Both the position numbers and the translations under genes were made by a program. Below are positions 20,148-28,830 of a stretch of DNA of 64,000 nucleotides, piece after piece (position 1 is the first letter of the stretch; each line of letters begins with the position of its first letter). The notes under the pieces are model-generated. The model searched no databases. It was given only the letters and a program-made list of their open reading frames with translations, and was not told the origin of the DNA. The DNA lies in assembly GCA_022797145.1 (NCBI GenBank), contig JAAWKA010000006.1:14306-78305 (forward strand), in the 5' to 3' direction. The stretch is from Clostridia bacterium. Its GTDB lineage: Bacteria; Bacillota; Clostridia; TANB77; CAG-508.

Positions 20148-20789
20148 ATGATAGATTTATCAAAAAAACAAATCTTAATTTTAATTATAATAGGAAGTTT
20201 AATGGTCGGGATAATAGGATATTATATTTATACAAAATTAATAGATAATAAATATGAAGAAATTGATATTTTAAATACCACACAAAATAATATATTACTT
20301 AATAAAAAAAATGATGAGGAAACTCAAGAAATTGTAGTACATATAGCAGGGGAAGTAAAAAAAGAAGGAATTGTAAGGACAAAAGAAGGAGTAAGAATTG
20401 CAGACATTATAGAAGCAGCAGAAGGACTAACACAAGAAGCGGATATCACAAATATAAACCTTGCATATATAGTAGAAGATGGACAAAAAATAATCATACC
20501 AAGTAAAGTAGATAAAGAAGAAATAAAACAAGAGTATATTACACAAGAAAGTGGAAGTAATTTAAATAAAGAAAGTATAAAGACCGAAGCAATAGTGATG
20601 ATAAATATAAACAAAGCAAGTATAACAGAGTTAGAACAGTTACCAGGAATAGGAGGAGCAACGGCACAAAAAATAATAGATTATAGAAAAGAAAATGGAA
20701 AATTTAATCAAATAGAGGATATAAAAAAAGTACAAGGGATAGGTGAGGCAAAGTATGAGGCAATAAAGGATAATATCTGTGTGAAATAG
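20148..20789 (+). CDS. comEA: Competence protein ComEA (SLBB plus helix-hairpin-helix DNA receptor)
   Basis: N-terminal TM helix, an SLBB-like core, and a C-terminal tandem HhH (LEQLPGIGGATAQKIIDYRKENGKFNQIEDIKKVQGIGEAKYEAI). Confidence 0.85.
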   Translation: MIDLSKKQILILIIIGSLMVGIIGYYIYTKLIDNKYEEIDILNTTQNNILLNKKNDEETQEIVVHIAGEVKKEGIVRTKEGVRIADIIEAAEGLTQEADITNINLAYIVEDGQKIIIPSKVDKEEIKQEYITQESGSNLNKESIKTEAIVMININKASITELEQLPGIGGATAQKIIDYRKENGKFNQIEDIKKVQGIGEAKYEAIKDNICVK

Positions 20790-21034
20790 AGAGTATACTA
20801 ATAAGTATAAATAATAAACAACATCATATATATTCTGTTATTAGATTTGGGGCTTTTGCAATTAATTTGTATTTTAAGCAAATTTATACAGACTGTGGTA
20901 TAGGAAAAACTAATATTGAAGGAGAAATAACAGATTATTACTATCATGCAGTAGGAATTAAAATAGCTTCACTTTATATAACTCCATTATTATTTGATAA
21001 TGGAGTTATTAGCTATGTAGAAGTTATGAGTTAA
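20789..21034 (+). pseudogene. Start-less 81-codon open frame, possibly the 3' remnant of a lost gene at the island junction
   Basis: Open frame ESILISINNKQHH...GVISYVEVMS has no ATG/GTG with an RBS. It lies immediately after the comEA stop, where comEB/comEC-type genes would normally follow. Confidence 0.25.
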
Positions 21035-21254
21035 AAAAATAGAATACAGAAATGATAAAGTTTAAATAGGGAGGCAATTGAGTGAGTATTTGATTTAGAG
21101 AAAAATAAGGTAGTATCAATTTTATAGGACTTAGCAATACTAAAGATGATAAATAAAATTTAGTAAATATTTAACAAAAAGATAGTAATAAAATTCTAAA
21201 ATATATGTTTCTCAAAAGTATATATTTTTATGATATAATAATTAAGGGGAAAAA

Positions 21255-22151
21255 ATGAAAATAAATAGATTGTTTGAAATAGTATATTTATTATTAGAAA
21301 GAAAAACATTAACTGCAAAGGAACTATCAGAATATTTTGGAGTATCCATTAGAACTATATATAGAGATATTGATATATTAAGTACAGCTAATATTCCAAT
21401 TTATACTAGTAAAGGAAAAAATGGAGGAATCAGTTTATTAGATAGTTATGTATTTGATAAATCAATATTATTAGAAGAAGAACAAAATGAAATTTTATTT
21501 GCATTACAGAGTTTAGAAAAATTAGGTATAGATAATGAAAAAAAAATTTTACAGAAAATGAATATACTATTTAATAAGGTAGTTAAGAATTGGATAGAAA
21601 TAGATTTTTCACACATGGAGACAGATGAAGGAGAAAATAAAAAATTTCATGATATAAAACAAGCAATATTAAATAAAAAAGTAATTGAATTTATATATTT
21701 TAATTCTTTAGGGGAAAAAACTAAAAGACAAGTGGAACCATTGCAAATTTGCTTTAAAGATAAAGCATGGTATGTAAAGGCATATTGTAAGTTAAGAGAA
21801 GATTATAGAGTTTTTAAAATTACAAGAATAAAAGATGCAAAAGTATTAAATGAAACTTTTGAAAGAGAAAACTTAACAAAATACAAAGAACAAACAAGTA
21901 ATTTAAAAATTGTATCATTAGAGGTGAAAATAGCAAAAGAAAAAGCATATAGGGTATATGATGAGTTTGAAATAGAGAATATAAAAACAAATGATGATGG
22001 AGATTTTATAGTGAAATTTAGTTGTCCTGATAATGATTGGATATATGAATATATTTTATCTTTTGGAGAATATATAAAAGTTATATCACCAAATTATGTG
22101 AAGGAAGTTATAAAAGAAAAAATTCAAAAAATGGTAAAAAATTATTTATAA
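21255..22151 (+). CDS. HTH plus WYL-domain transcriptional regulator (YafY family)
   Basis: N-terminal wHTH (LTAKELSEYFGVSIRTIYRDIDIL) and a WYL core (VEPLQICFKDKAWYVKAYCKLREDYRVFKITRI). Confidence 0.8.
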   Translation: MKINRLFEIVYLLLERKTLTAKELSEYFGVSIRTIYRDIDILSTANIPIYTSKGKNGGISLLDSYVFDKSILLEEEQNEILFALQSLEKLGIDNEKKILQKMNILFNKVVKNWIEIDFSHMETDEGENKKFHDIKQAILNKKVIEFIYFNSLGEKTKRQVEPLQICFKDKAWYVKAYCKLREDYRVFKITRIKDAKVLNETFERENLTKYKEQTSNLKIVSLEVKIAKEKAYRVYDEFEIENIKTNDDGDFIVKFSCPDNDWIYEYILSFGEYIKVISPNYVKEVIKEKIQKMVKNYL

Positions 22152-22208
22152 TGTGACATACAGCTGTCATATTTGATATTATATAATCCTTGCTAGGAGG
22201 TAATAATT

Positions 22209-22682
22209 ATGAAATTTGAAATTGTAGAATTAGAAGAAAAACTAGTTGAAGGATTGCAAATAAGAACGACAGAGGAATATGGAGAAGCTACACAACAAAT
22301 AGTAAATGTGTGGCAAAAATTTTTAGGTGAAGGAATATATGATAAAATTGAAAATAAGAAAAATAGCAAAACAATTGGATTATATACAGATTATGAAGGT
22401 GACTACACGAAACCATATAATTTTATTGCTTGTACAGAAGTGAATAAAAAATCTGAAAATATTGAAGACAGAGTAGTAAAAGTTATACCAAAAGGGAAGT
22501 ATGCTAAATTTGTAATTTTTGCAGTTGATGGAGACATATCAAAATCTTTAGAAGAAGCTTGGGAAAAAATTTGGAGCATGAATTTAAACATAAAATATAC
22601 TTGCAATTTTGAGGAATATCAAGATAACTCAGAAGATACTCAAAACGAGGAAATTCATCTTTATGTTGAAATAGAAGGTTAA
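22209..22682 (+). CDS. GyrI-like small-molecule-binding domain protein
   Basis: 157 aa with MKFEIVELEEKLVEGLQIRT... and a C-terminal ..FEEY......IHLYVEI, the typical AraC-effector/GyrI-like fold signature. Confidence 0.65.
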   Translation: MKFEIVELEEKLVEGLQIRTTEEYGEATQQIVNVWQKFLGEGIYDKIENKKNSKTIGLYTDYEGDYTKPYNFIACTEVNKKSENIEDRVVKVIPKGKYAKFVIFAVDGDISKSLEEAWEKIWSMNLNIKYTCNFEEYQDNSEDTQNEEIHLYVEIEG

Positions 22683-22688
22683 AATATT

Positions 22689-23327
22689 ATGCCATTTGAT
22701 TATAAGAAAGAATACAAGGAATTTTATATGCCAAAAAATAAACCTAGTATTGTTGAAGTGCCTAAAATTAATTATATAGCGGTTAGAGGAAGGGGAAATC
22801 CAAATGAAGAAAATAGTGAATATAAAGATTCAATAGGACTTTTGTATGGAATTGCTTTTACGATAAAAATGAGTTATAAGGGAACACATAAAATAGAGGG
22901 CTATTTTGAATATGTTGTACCACCATTAGAGGGTTTTTGGTGGCAAGATGGAAATAAATTAGGAATAGATTATAAAAGTAAGGATAAGCTTAAGTTTATT
23001 TCTGTAATTCGATTACCAGATTTTGTATCAAAAGAAGATTTTGACTGGGCTACCAAAGAAGCGACTAAAAAGAAAAAACAGGATTTTTCAAAGGTTGAAT
23101 TTTTAACTTATGATGAAGGGATTTGTGTTCAATGTATGCATATTGGTAGTTATGATAAGGAAGCAACAACAGTTAATTTAATGCACAAATTTGCAAAAGA
23201 AAATGGATACGAACTAGATATAACAGATACAAGATTACATCATGAGATATATTTAAGCGATCCAAGAAAATGTGATGTAAGTAAATTAAAGACTCTTATA
23301 AGGCACCCAATTAAGAAAAGAAAATAA
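22689..23327 (+). CDS. GyrI-like domain protein (second paralogous type)
   Basis: The N-terminus FDYKKEYKEFYMPKNKPSIVEVPKINYIAVRGRGNPN and ..HHEIYLSDPRK are typical of the larger GyrI-like family. Confidence 0.6.
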   Translation: MPFDYKKEYKEFYMPKNKPSIVEVPKINYIAVRGRGNPNEENSEYKDSIGLLYGIAFTIKMSYKGTHKIEGYFEYVVPPLEGFWWQDGNKLGIDYKSKDKLKFISVIRLPDFVSKEDFDWATKEATKKKKQDFSKVEFLTYDEGICVQCMHIGSYDKEATTVNLMHKFAKENGYELDITDTRLHHEIYLSDPRKCDVSKLKTLIRHPIKKRK

Positions 23328-23334
23328 TTACTAA

Positions 23335-23380
23335 ATTGTAGACATACTATTAAATGTAAATTTAATAGTATGCCTACAAT
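23335..23380. terminator. Long bidirectional hairpin between converging genes
   Basis: About 20-bp stem ATTGTAGACATACTATTAAA / TTTAATAGTATGCCTACAAT with one mismatch. Confidence 0.65.
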
Positions 23381-23400
23381 TTATAAATATATATATAAAT

Positions 23401-25296
23401 TTATAAATAATTATTTCTTATATAGTCTTTAAATAATTCAATATCTTCAAATACTCTATATTTTTGTAAATTAACTTTACTAATATTACTGTTTTCTTCA
23501 TCTATCATAATTGCAACTGGTTCACTTAAATTATTTTGTATTCCATCAGGCCATGCCAGATCAATAATAATACTTTCATTATCATTTATTTTCAATTCAT
23601 AATTAATTTCTCCACTTGAAAGCCCATTTTCATCCATCCAATATGATAATTCCAATATTTTTTCATCTTCATTTATATCATTTGATACCCCTTTTCTGTT
23701 AGCATAATCAGTAATTTCCACTTTATCAACCTTGTTGTCCAAAAGACTATTTAAGAAATTATTTGCACAATCAGCTAATAATTTTCTTCTTTCAGCTAAA
23801 AATGCTTCATAATTTTCTACTTTAAATAATTCTTTATCATTTGTTGGAATCCAATGAGACTCTATTGCTCCTGGTTGTTTTTCAATATAAATTGGAATAT
23901 ATTTTTCTGGTTTTTCATCAGATATATCTTCATTTGTTTTTCTAGTAATAAATGTATAATTTGCTAAAGAATTTACTACAGATTTAGTTCTACCATTTTT
24001 ATATAGTAATGCTTTAGGGAATATATGATGAATTTCTAATGAAGAATTTTTTCCTAATAAGCAATTCTTTAACTCAATACCACTTGAAAAATCTTTTGAC
24101 TTATTCATTCGTGTTAATAAATATAATAAAGGATAAAATCTAGCACCAGTTCCCCATCCCAAGAAATCCTCTGGTTTTATCGTTAAATCTGACCTATCTT
24201 GTCTTAATTGATTTATCAGTCCATCTATTCCTTCACCATTATTTACTACATTTAAATCTCTTGCAAGAACACTTTCTGTTGAGCCTGCATATCTTCCCCA
24301 TAGAAATGTATGAATATACCAATATAATAATTTGTTCCATTCTGCATCATTTAGTTCTCTATTGTCTTTATTTAAATAGCCTATCATTAATGGAATAGCA
24401 AATTTACTACTTAGTACTCTTGTATTATCTAATCCAAGTCTTGAACCAATTTGGTTTAAAATTTCATCTATTCTATTTTCCACATATTTAAGACTTTTCT
24501 TAAATTCTTCTATATCTACTTGTTCTAATTCAGAGAAATAGGATTTACTTGTTAAATAAACTGTTATACACCTTAGCAACCATTCTAGTTTAAATTCATA
24601 ACCAGCTTCTTTTAATCTATTTAATATACCTCTTAGTTTTTGCCTTGCTTCTGGCCACAATGCACATATTTTTGCTAATGCTAAATCACCTTTACTTAAT
24701 TTAGTACCACCACTATTTAAATTGTTAAAAATTTCAACTACAACATCTAAAGTCTTGTCTTCTCCAACAACTTCCTCTATTTGCAAATCTTTTTGTGTTA
24801 AATTTAAATAAAGTCTATTTAGTTTTTCTATATAATCCATATAAAATTCTTTTTTATCTGATTGTACAATATAGTTTGCAGCTCCTAATTTTAACACTTG
24901 TGTTACATCTACCCAATAATCATCATCTTTCATCTTAATTGGAGCATAAAACTCGAATATTTCTGTATTCAAGTTAAAATATAAATTTTTAAATGCTTTA
25001 TCATCACCTTCAAAAAATGATGGAGCGTCTCCTTTAATTAATCCATATAGTGTTGTTAACCTTTGTTGTCCATCCAATATTAATTTTACAGATTTGTTTG
25101 CCTGATCAATATTTCCTCTTGTATATGATTCATCAGCTTCTGTTGTCCAAATTAGTAATCCACCTATTGGGTATCCCTTATATAAAGAATTTGCTAGCTT
25201 TTTGACTTGTTCTCTATTCCATACATACCCCCTTTGAAAATCTGGTAATGCATATTGTTTTGCATCAATTTGTGCTAGAATATCAATAATTTTCAT
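23401..25296 (-). CDS. GmrSD-type DUF262-DUF1524 nuclease (type IV restriction-like) with an extra C-terminal domain
   Basis: DUF262 motifs DFQRGYVW and LDGQQRLTT. DUF1524 His-Me finger LEIHHIFPKA..NSLANYTFITRKTNEDIS. About 120 further residues are uncharacterised. Confidence 0.8.
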   Translation of the reverse strand: MKIIDILAQIDAKQYALPDFQRGYVWNREQVKKLANSLYKGYPIGGLLIWTTEADESYTRGNIDQANKSVKLILDGQQRLTTLYGLIKGDAPSFFEGDDKAFKNLYFNLNTEIFEFYAPIKMKDDDYWVDVTQVLKLGAANYIVQSDKKEFYMDYIEKLNRLYLNLTQKDLQIEEVVGEDKTLDVVVEIFNNLNSGGTKLSKGDLALAKICALWPEARQKLRGILNRLKEAGYEFKLEWLLRCITVYLTSKSYFSELEQVDIEEFKKSLKYVENRIDEILNQIGSRLGLDNTRVLSSKFAIPLMIGYLNKDNRELNDAEWNKLLYWYIHTFLWGRYAGSTESVLARDLNVVNNGEGIDGLINQLRQDRSDLTIKPEDFLGWGTGARFYPLLYLLTRMNKSKDFSSGIELKNCLLGKNSSLEIHHIFPKALLYKNGRTKSVVNSLANYTFITRKTNEDISDEKPEKYIPIYIEKQPGAIESHWIPTNDKELFKVENYEAFLAERRKLLADCANNFLNSLLDNKVDKVEITDYANRKGVSNDINEDEKILELSYWMDENGLSSGEINYELKINDNESIIIDLAWPDGIQNNLSEPVAIMIDEENSNISKVNLQKYRVFEDIELFKDYIRNNYL

Positions 25297-25567
25297 ATTA
25301 AACTCCTTTACTATTTATTATAATATTTTTTAAAGTTTCCAGATTTCTATATCATCATATTTGCTTTTCTATTTCTGATGATTTATTAAGTAGTTTTATC
25401 AATTCAACTATTTTTTTGTTCTTCTATATCAATTTACAAATATATTAATTCATTTAAAATTCTGCATTAGCTATAAGTTTCATGAATATTTAAGTATTAG
25501 ATAGTTTATCTATGTTCATCTTTTGCTCTTTTCACTATCCATTCGTCATATTCTCCCACTTAACTAT

Positions 25568-27442
25568 TTATTCTCCTTCTAATATTTGTGTCAATTCTGC
25601 TAAATACTTTTGCTTAATATATTTTATTAAATTTGCATCTTCGGAAATCATAACTAAAACTCTTCTTGAATATTCTTGTATTATTTCTTCTAGCAAATAA
25701 TCTATTTTATGATCTGTATCTATATTTATATGTAACTTAGCATATTCATTGTTATCTAATATTTCTTCTATTTCTTTTTTTCTTAAATTATATAAATTAT
25801 CTAATTCTTCTTCATTTAATAGTTCTTTAATCCTATTTTTAAAATTTTCAATATTTCTATCTACACCTATTTTTTCTTTTAATTCTGAAATAAATTTTGA
25901 TGTTATATATTTAACTATTTGTCCCTCTTTTTGATGCTTTAATCTTTCGAAAATTTTACTTTTAGTTTTTTCTAGTGCTTCATCTGTAGCACAAAATCTA
26001 ATTTTAGCTTGTTTTATTATTTCTTCATCTAACAAAATATTTTCTATTTCTAAAATATTTAAAACAAGTATTTTATCTTCCTTTAATTTTTTAATATTCT
26101 CTTCTGTTCTAAAATCAAAATCAATAATTCCATATGCTCTATTTTGAGTACCAAATGTTTTATTATACATCCTAGTGTTTTCTATTACTTCATTATGACC
26201 AGCAGAAGATATAATATTAGCATTTTTAAATAAAATACTATATAATTTTTTGTCTAGACTTCGATCTGTTCCTTCACAGTACAAAATTGTTTTTTCTAAA
26301 AATGCATTTATTCTACTTCCTGTCAAATATCTTATTTGAGATAATCTATCATCATCAAAAATTTCAATATTATTATTATCGTTTCTTTTCAACATAATAA
26401 TATTTTCTTGTTCTGCAATGTCTATAAAAGTAGGTGAATGTGTTGCTAATACAATTTGTCTTCCATTAGTAGCATATTCTTTTAATTCATTATATAGACC
26501 TTCTTTTCTTGATTCATTTATAAAAGCATCTGGTTCATCAAATAATATTAATGAATTTTCATCTCCTAAAAACTCAAGTATGACTTTAAATAAAATCATC
26601 TTTTTTTGTCCTTCACTTAAATAAGAAGCTTCAAATGAATTATTTAGATATATTAATATATCTGTTATATTTGATTGTTTTAATATGTTAAAAATTTCAT
26701 TTTCATAATAAGATAAGCTATTTGATAAAATAATTTTACTAACATCTCCAGCAAGATATAATTTATTATCTTTTAAATTATATTGGTTCTTAATATTAAA
26801 AAAATTATTAATATCTTGTATTTTTCCACGAATCCATCTATATTCTTCTTCAGGATTATTTTGTGTTACAATTTCCTTTATAACTTCATTTTGATTGTTT
26901 TTAAAATTTTTAACAGTATATAGAAAAATTATATTATTTACTGTATCAATATTAATTTCATTTTTTAGGAAATTTTTAATGTTTTCTAACTGGCTATATA
27001 CTAATGTAAATAATGCATTTTTCCACATTCTTTTATCTACATAAATTAATCTATCATGTTTATGTTTCTCATTTGAATAATAATATTTCCTATATAATCT
27101 TTCATCTTCGCCACTATACATAGTAATGATATTAGTAGGCAATAGATTATCTCTTTCCAATAAATATCTTGATATAACTTTTCCATTTTTCTTTACAAGC
27201 CTTCTTTTTTTATTTATTATTGTAATTATATTATCATTTAAACTATAGGTTAATTCATATTCTATTTTTGAAATTTTGTTATTATATAAACAGTTAAAAA
27301 TTTCACTCAAACATTCTATTATATTGCTTTTTCCAGTACCGTTATTTCCTACAAAAATGCTTAATCCATTACTTTTTTCAAAATCTATTGTTAAATTTGT
27401 TAAATTTTTATAATTATTAATCCATAACTTTAAAAGTTTCAT
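25568..27442 (-). CDS. Fused ABC-type ATPase (AAA_15/21-like) and DUF4435/TOPRIM-like domain protein (PARIS AriA-AriB / RloA-RloB / OLD-like)
   Basis: Walker A GNNGTGKS, ABC signature LSEGQKK, Walker B LILFDEPD, and H-loop ATHSP. These are followed by ILYCEGTDRSLD and YGIIDFDF (EG..D / DxD TOPRIM-like motifs) and a helical tail. GGAG RBS lies in the 11-nt gap after hsdS. Confidence 0.75.
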   Translation of the reverse strand: MKLLKLWINNYKNLTNLTIDFEKSNGLSIFVGNNGTGKSNIIECLSEIFNCLYNNKISKIEYELTYSLNDNIITIINKKRRLVKKNGKVISRYLLERDNLLPTNIITMYSGEDERLYRKYYYSNEKHKHDRLIYVDKRMWKNALFTLVYSQLENIKNFLKNEINIDTVNNIIFLYTVKNFKNNQNEVIKEIVTQNNPEEEYRWIRGKIQDINNFFNIKNQYNLKDNKLYLAGDVSKIILSNSLSYYENEIFNILKQSNITDILIYLNNSFEASYLSEGQKKMILFKVILEFLGDENSLILFDEPDAFINESRKEGLYNELKEYATNGRQIVLATHSPTFIDIAEQENIIMLKRNDNNNIEIFDDDRLSQIRYLTGSRINAFLEKTILYCEGTDRSLDKKLYSILFKNANIISSAGHNEVIENTRMYNKTFGTQNRAYGIIDFDFRTEENIKKLKEDKILVLNILEIENILLDEEIIKQAKIRFCATDEALEKTKSKIFERLKHQKEGQIVKYITSKFISELKEKIGVDRNIENFKNRIKELLNEEELDNLYNLRKKEIEEILDNNEYAKLHINIDTDHKIDYLLEEIIQEYSRRVLVMISEDANLIKYIKQKYLAELTQILEGE

Positions 27443-27453
27443 ATCTTACTCCA

Positions 27454-28830
27454 TCATTTAAAAATCTTTGTACTTATATATATTTCAATTTGATGATTTA
27501 TTAGTTCAGAGTGTATTTTTAATTTATTAATTTTTTCTCGAATTTCAAAAATATAATTAACAATTTGTTGCTGGACTTCAATTTCTGGTAAGGGTATCAT
27601 TATTTTTTTTACATTTTCTATCCCTAATTCTGTTTGTTTTGTTGCTTCAGCTCCTTTTAATACTTCAATCTGATTTTGTACAATGTTACTATTAAATAAA
27701 TATGTATAGTATTCTGGATTTATATATTTAGTATTTACTCTTAATAATAATATATGACTATCGTACATTAGGTTTGTATTTTCATCATTAACTATACAAC
27801 TGGCTCTTCCTATAGTTCCTTCCCCTGTCGAATTAATTAAAATATCATTTTTTTGAGTAAAAATTTCTTTATTAATTGATAAAAGCCAATTTGTATTTAC
27901 ATTCTTAGCATAAGATAAATCTATATAATTTAATCTATTGCATTTTTGATTTAAAATTATAGATTCTGAATTTTCATCATATTTTGGGCTTTTTCCTCTG
28001 GCTAAAATTTGATAATATTTTGAATTTAATGAAATAATATTAAATTTATTACTTTCTATATTAGAAGCCTTTAAAATTTTGTTTACTCCCCATTGTGTTA
28101 TATTCATGAAATTAATAAATTCTAATATTTTATATTTTTTATTTGAAATGTTATTATTTTTTTTAATATTAATTTCTAGTTTTTCATATAAGTATTTATC
28201 TATACTATCTTCTAACATTTTTATCGTAGCTTCATTATCTTTTATAGTATTGCTCATTATTTTAAATTCTTTAACAATCTGATTTTGAATTTCTAACTTT
28301 GGTACTGGAATTTTGGTATTTAAAAATAACTCTTCTTGTAAATATAATCTATTTCCGCTACCATTACTGCATACTTCCCATTTTTCCACAAACCATTTAG
28401 AGGTTAGTATTAATACTAAATATTCTAAATTAACTTTGTCTAAATCAGCATCAAAAACCCAAAAATTTCCTGTAATGACAGCTTTGTCTAGTTCTTCATT
28501 TACGATTCCTATAGCTCCATTTCTTGCATCTATTTTAGATAATATTAATTGACCTGTTTTTATCTGAAATTGATCTTTGGTATTAATATATTTTCCATAT
28601 ATATTATCCCTTAATAATACTCCTCCATTATTAGTTTTTATTGTAACTCTCTTATACCTTTGGTCATTTGCAATTTTAATTTTATCTTTAATCCTTTTAA
28701 TACATTCTCTAATTGGTATCATATTAAATTTTGTATTTATATAGTTATCATATGAGAACTTTTTAATATTCCAATTAACTAAATCATTAAATTTTATAAA
28801 TTTTAATATATTATAATTTTCTTTTACCAT
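27454..28830 (-). CDS. hsdS: Restriction-modification specificity subunit (HsdS-like, two target-recognition domains)
   Basis: Two TRD repeats, each ending in the conserved-region helix (..IPVPKLEIQNQIVKEF.. and ..IPLPEIEVQQQIVNYIFEIREKINKL). The start overlaps the methyltransferase stop (ATGGTAA). Confidence 0.85.
   Translation of the reverse strand: MVKENYNILKFIKFNDLVNWNIKKFSYDNYINTKFNMIPIRECIKRIKDKIKIANDQRYKRVTIKTNNGGVLLRDNIYGKYINTKDQFQIKTGQLILSKIDARNGAIGIVNEELDKAVITGNFWVFDADLDKVNLEYLVLILTSKWFVEKWEVCSNGSGNRLYLQEELFLNTKIPVPKLEIQNQIVKEFKIMSNTIKDNEATIKMLEDSIDKYLYEKLEINIKKNNNISNKKYKILEFINFMNITQWGVNKILKASNIESNKFNIISLNSKYYQILARGKSPKYDENSESIILNQKCNRLNYIDLSYAKNVNTNWLLSINKEIFTQKNDILINSTGEGTIGRASCIVNDENTNLMYDSHILLLRVNTKYINPEYYTYLFNSNIVQNQIEVLKGAEATKQTELGIENVKKIMIPLPEIEVQQQIVNYIFEIREKINKLKIHSELINHQIEIYISTKIFK

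Noticed and set aside
25297-25567. 271-nt gap between the ATPase-TOPRIM gene and the GmrSD gene, examined for a small antitoxin or regulator ORF or an ncRNA
   Set aside because: The longest minus-strand frame is 9 codons. The plus-strand ORF 25512-25700 is antisense low-complexity. No convincing hairpin or promoter consensus was seen.
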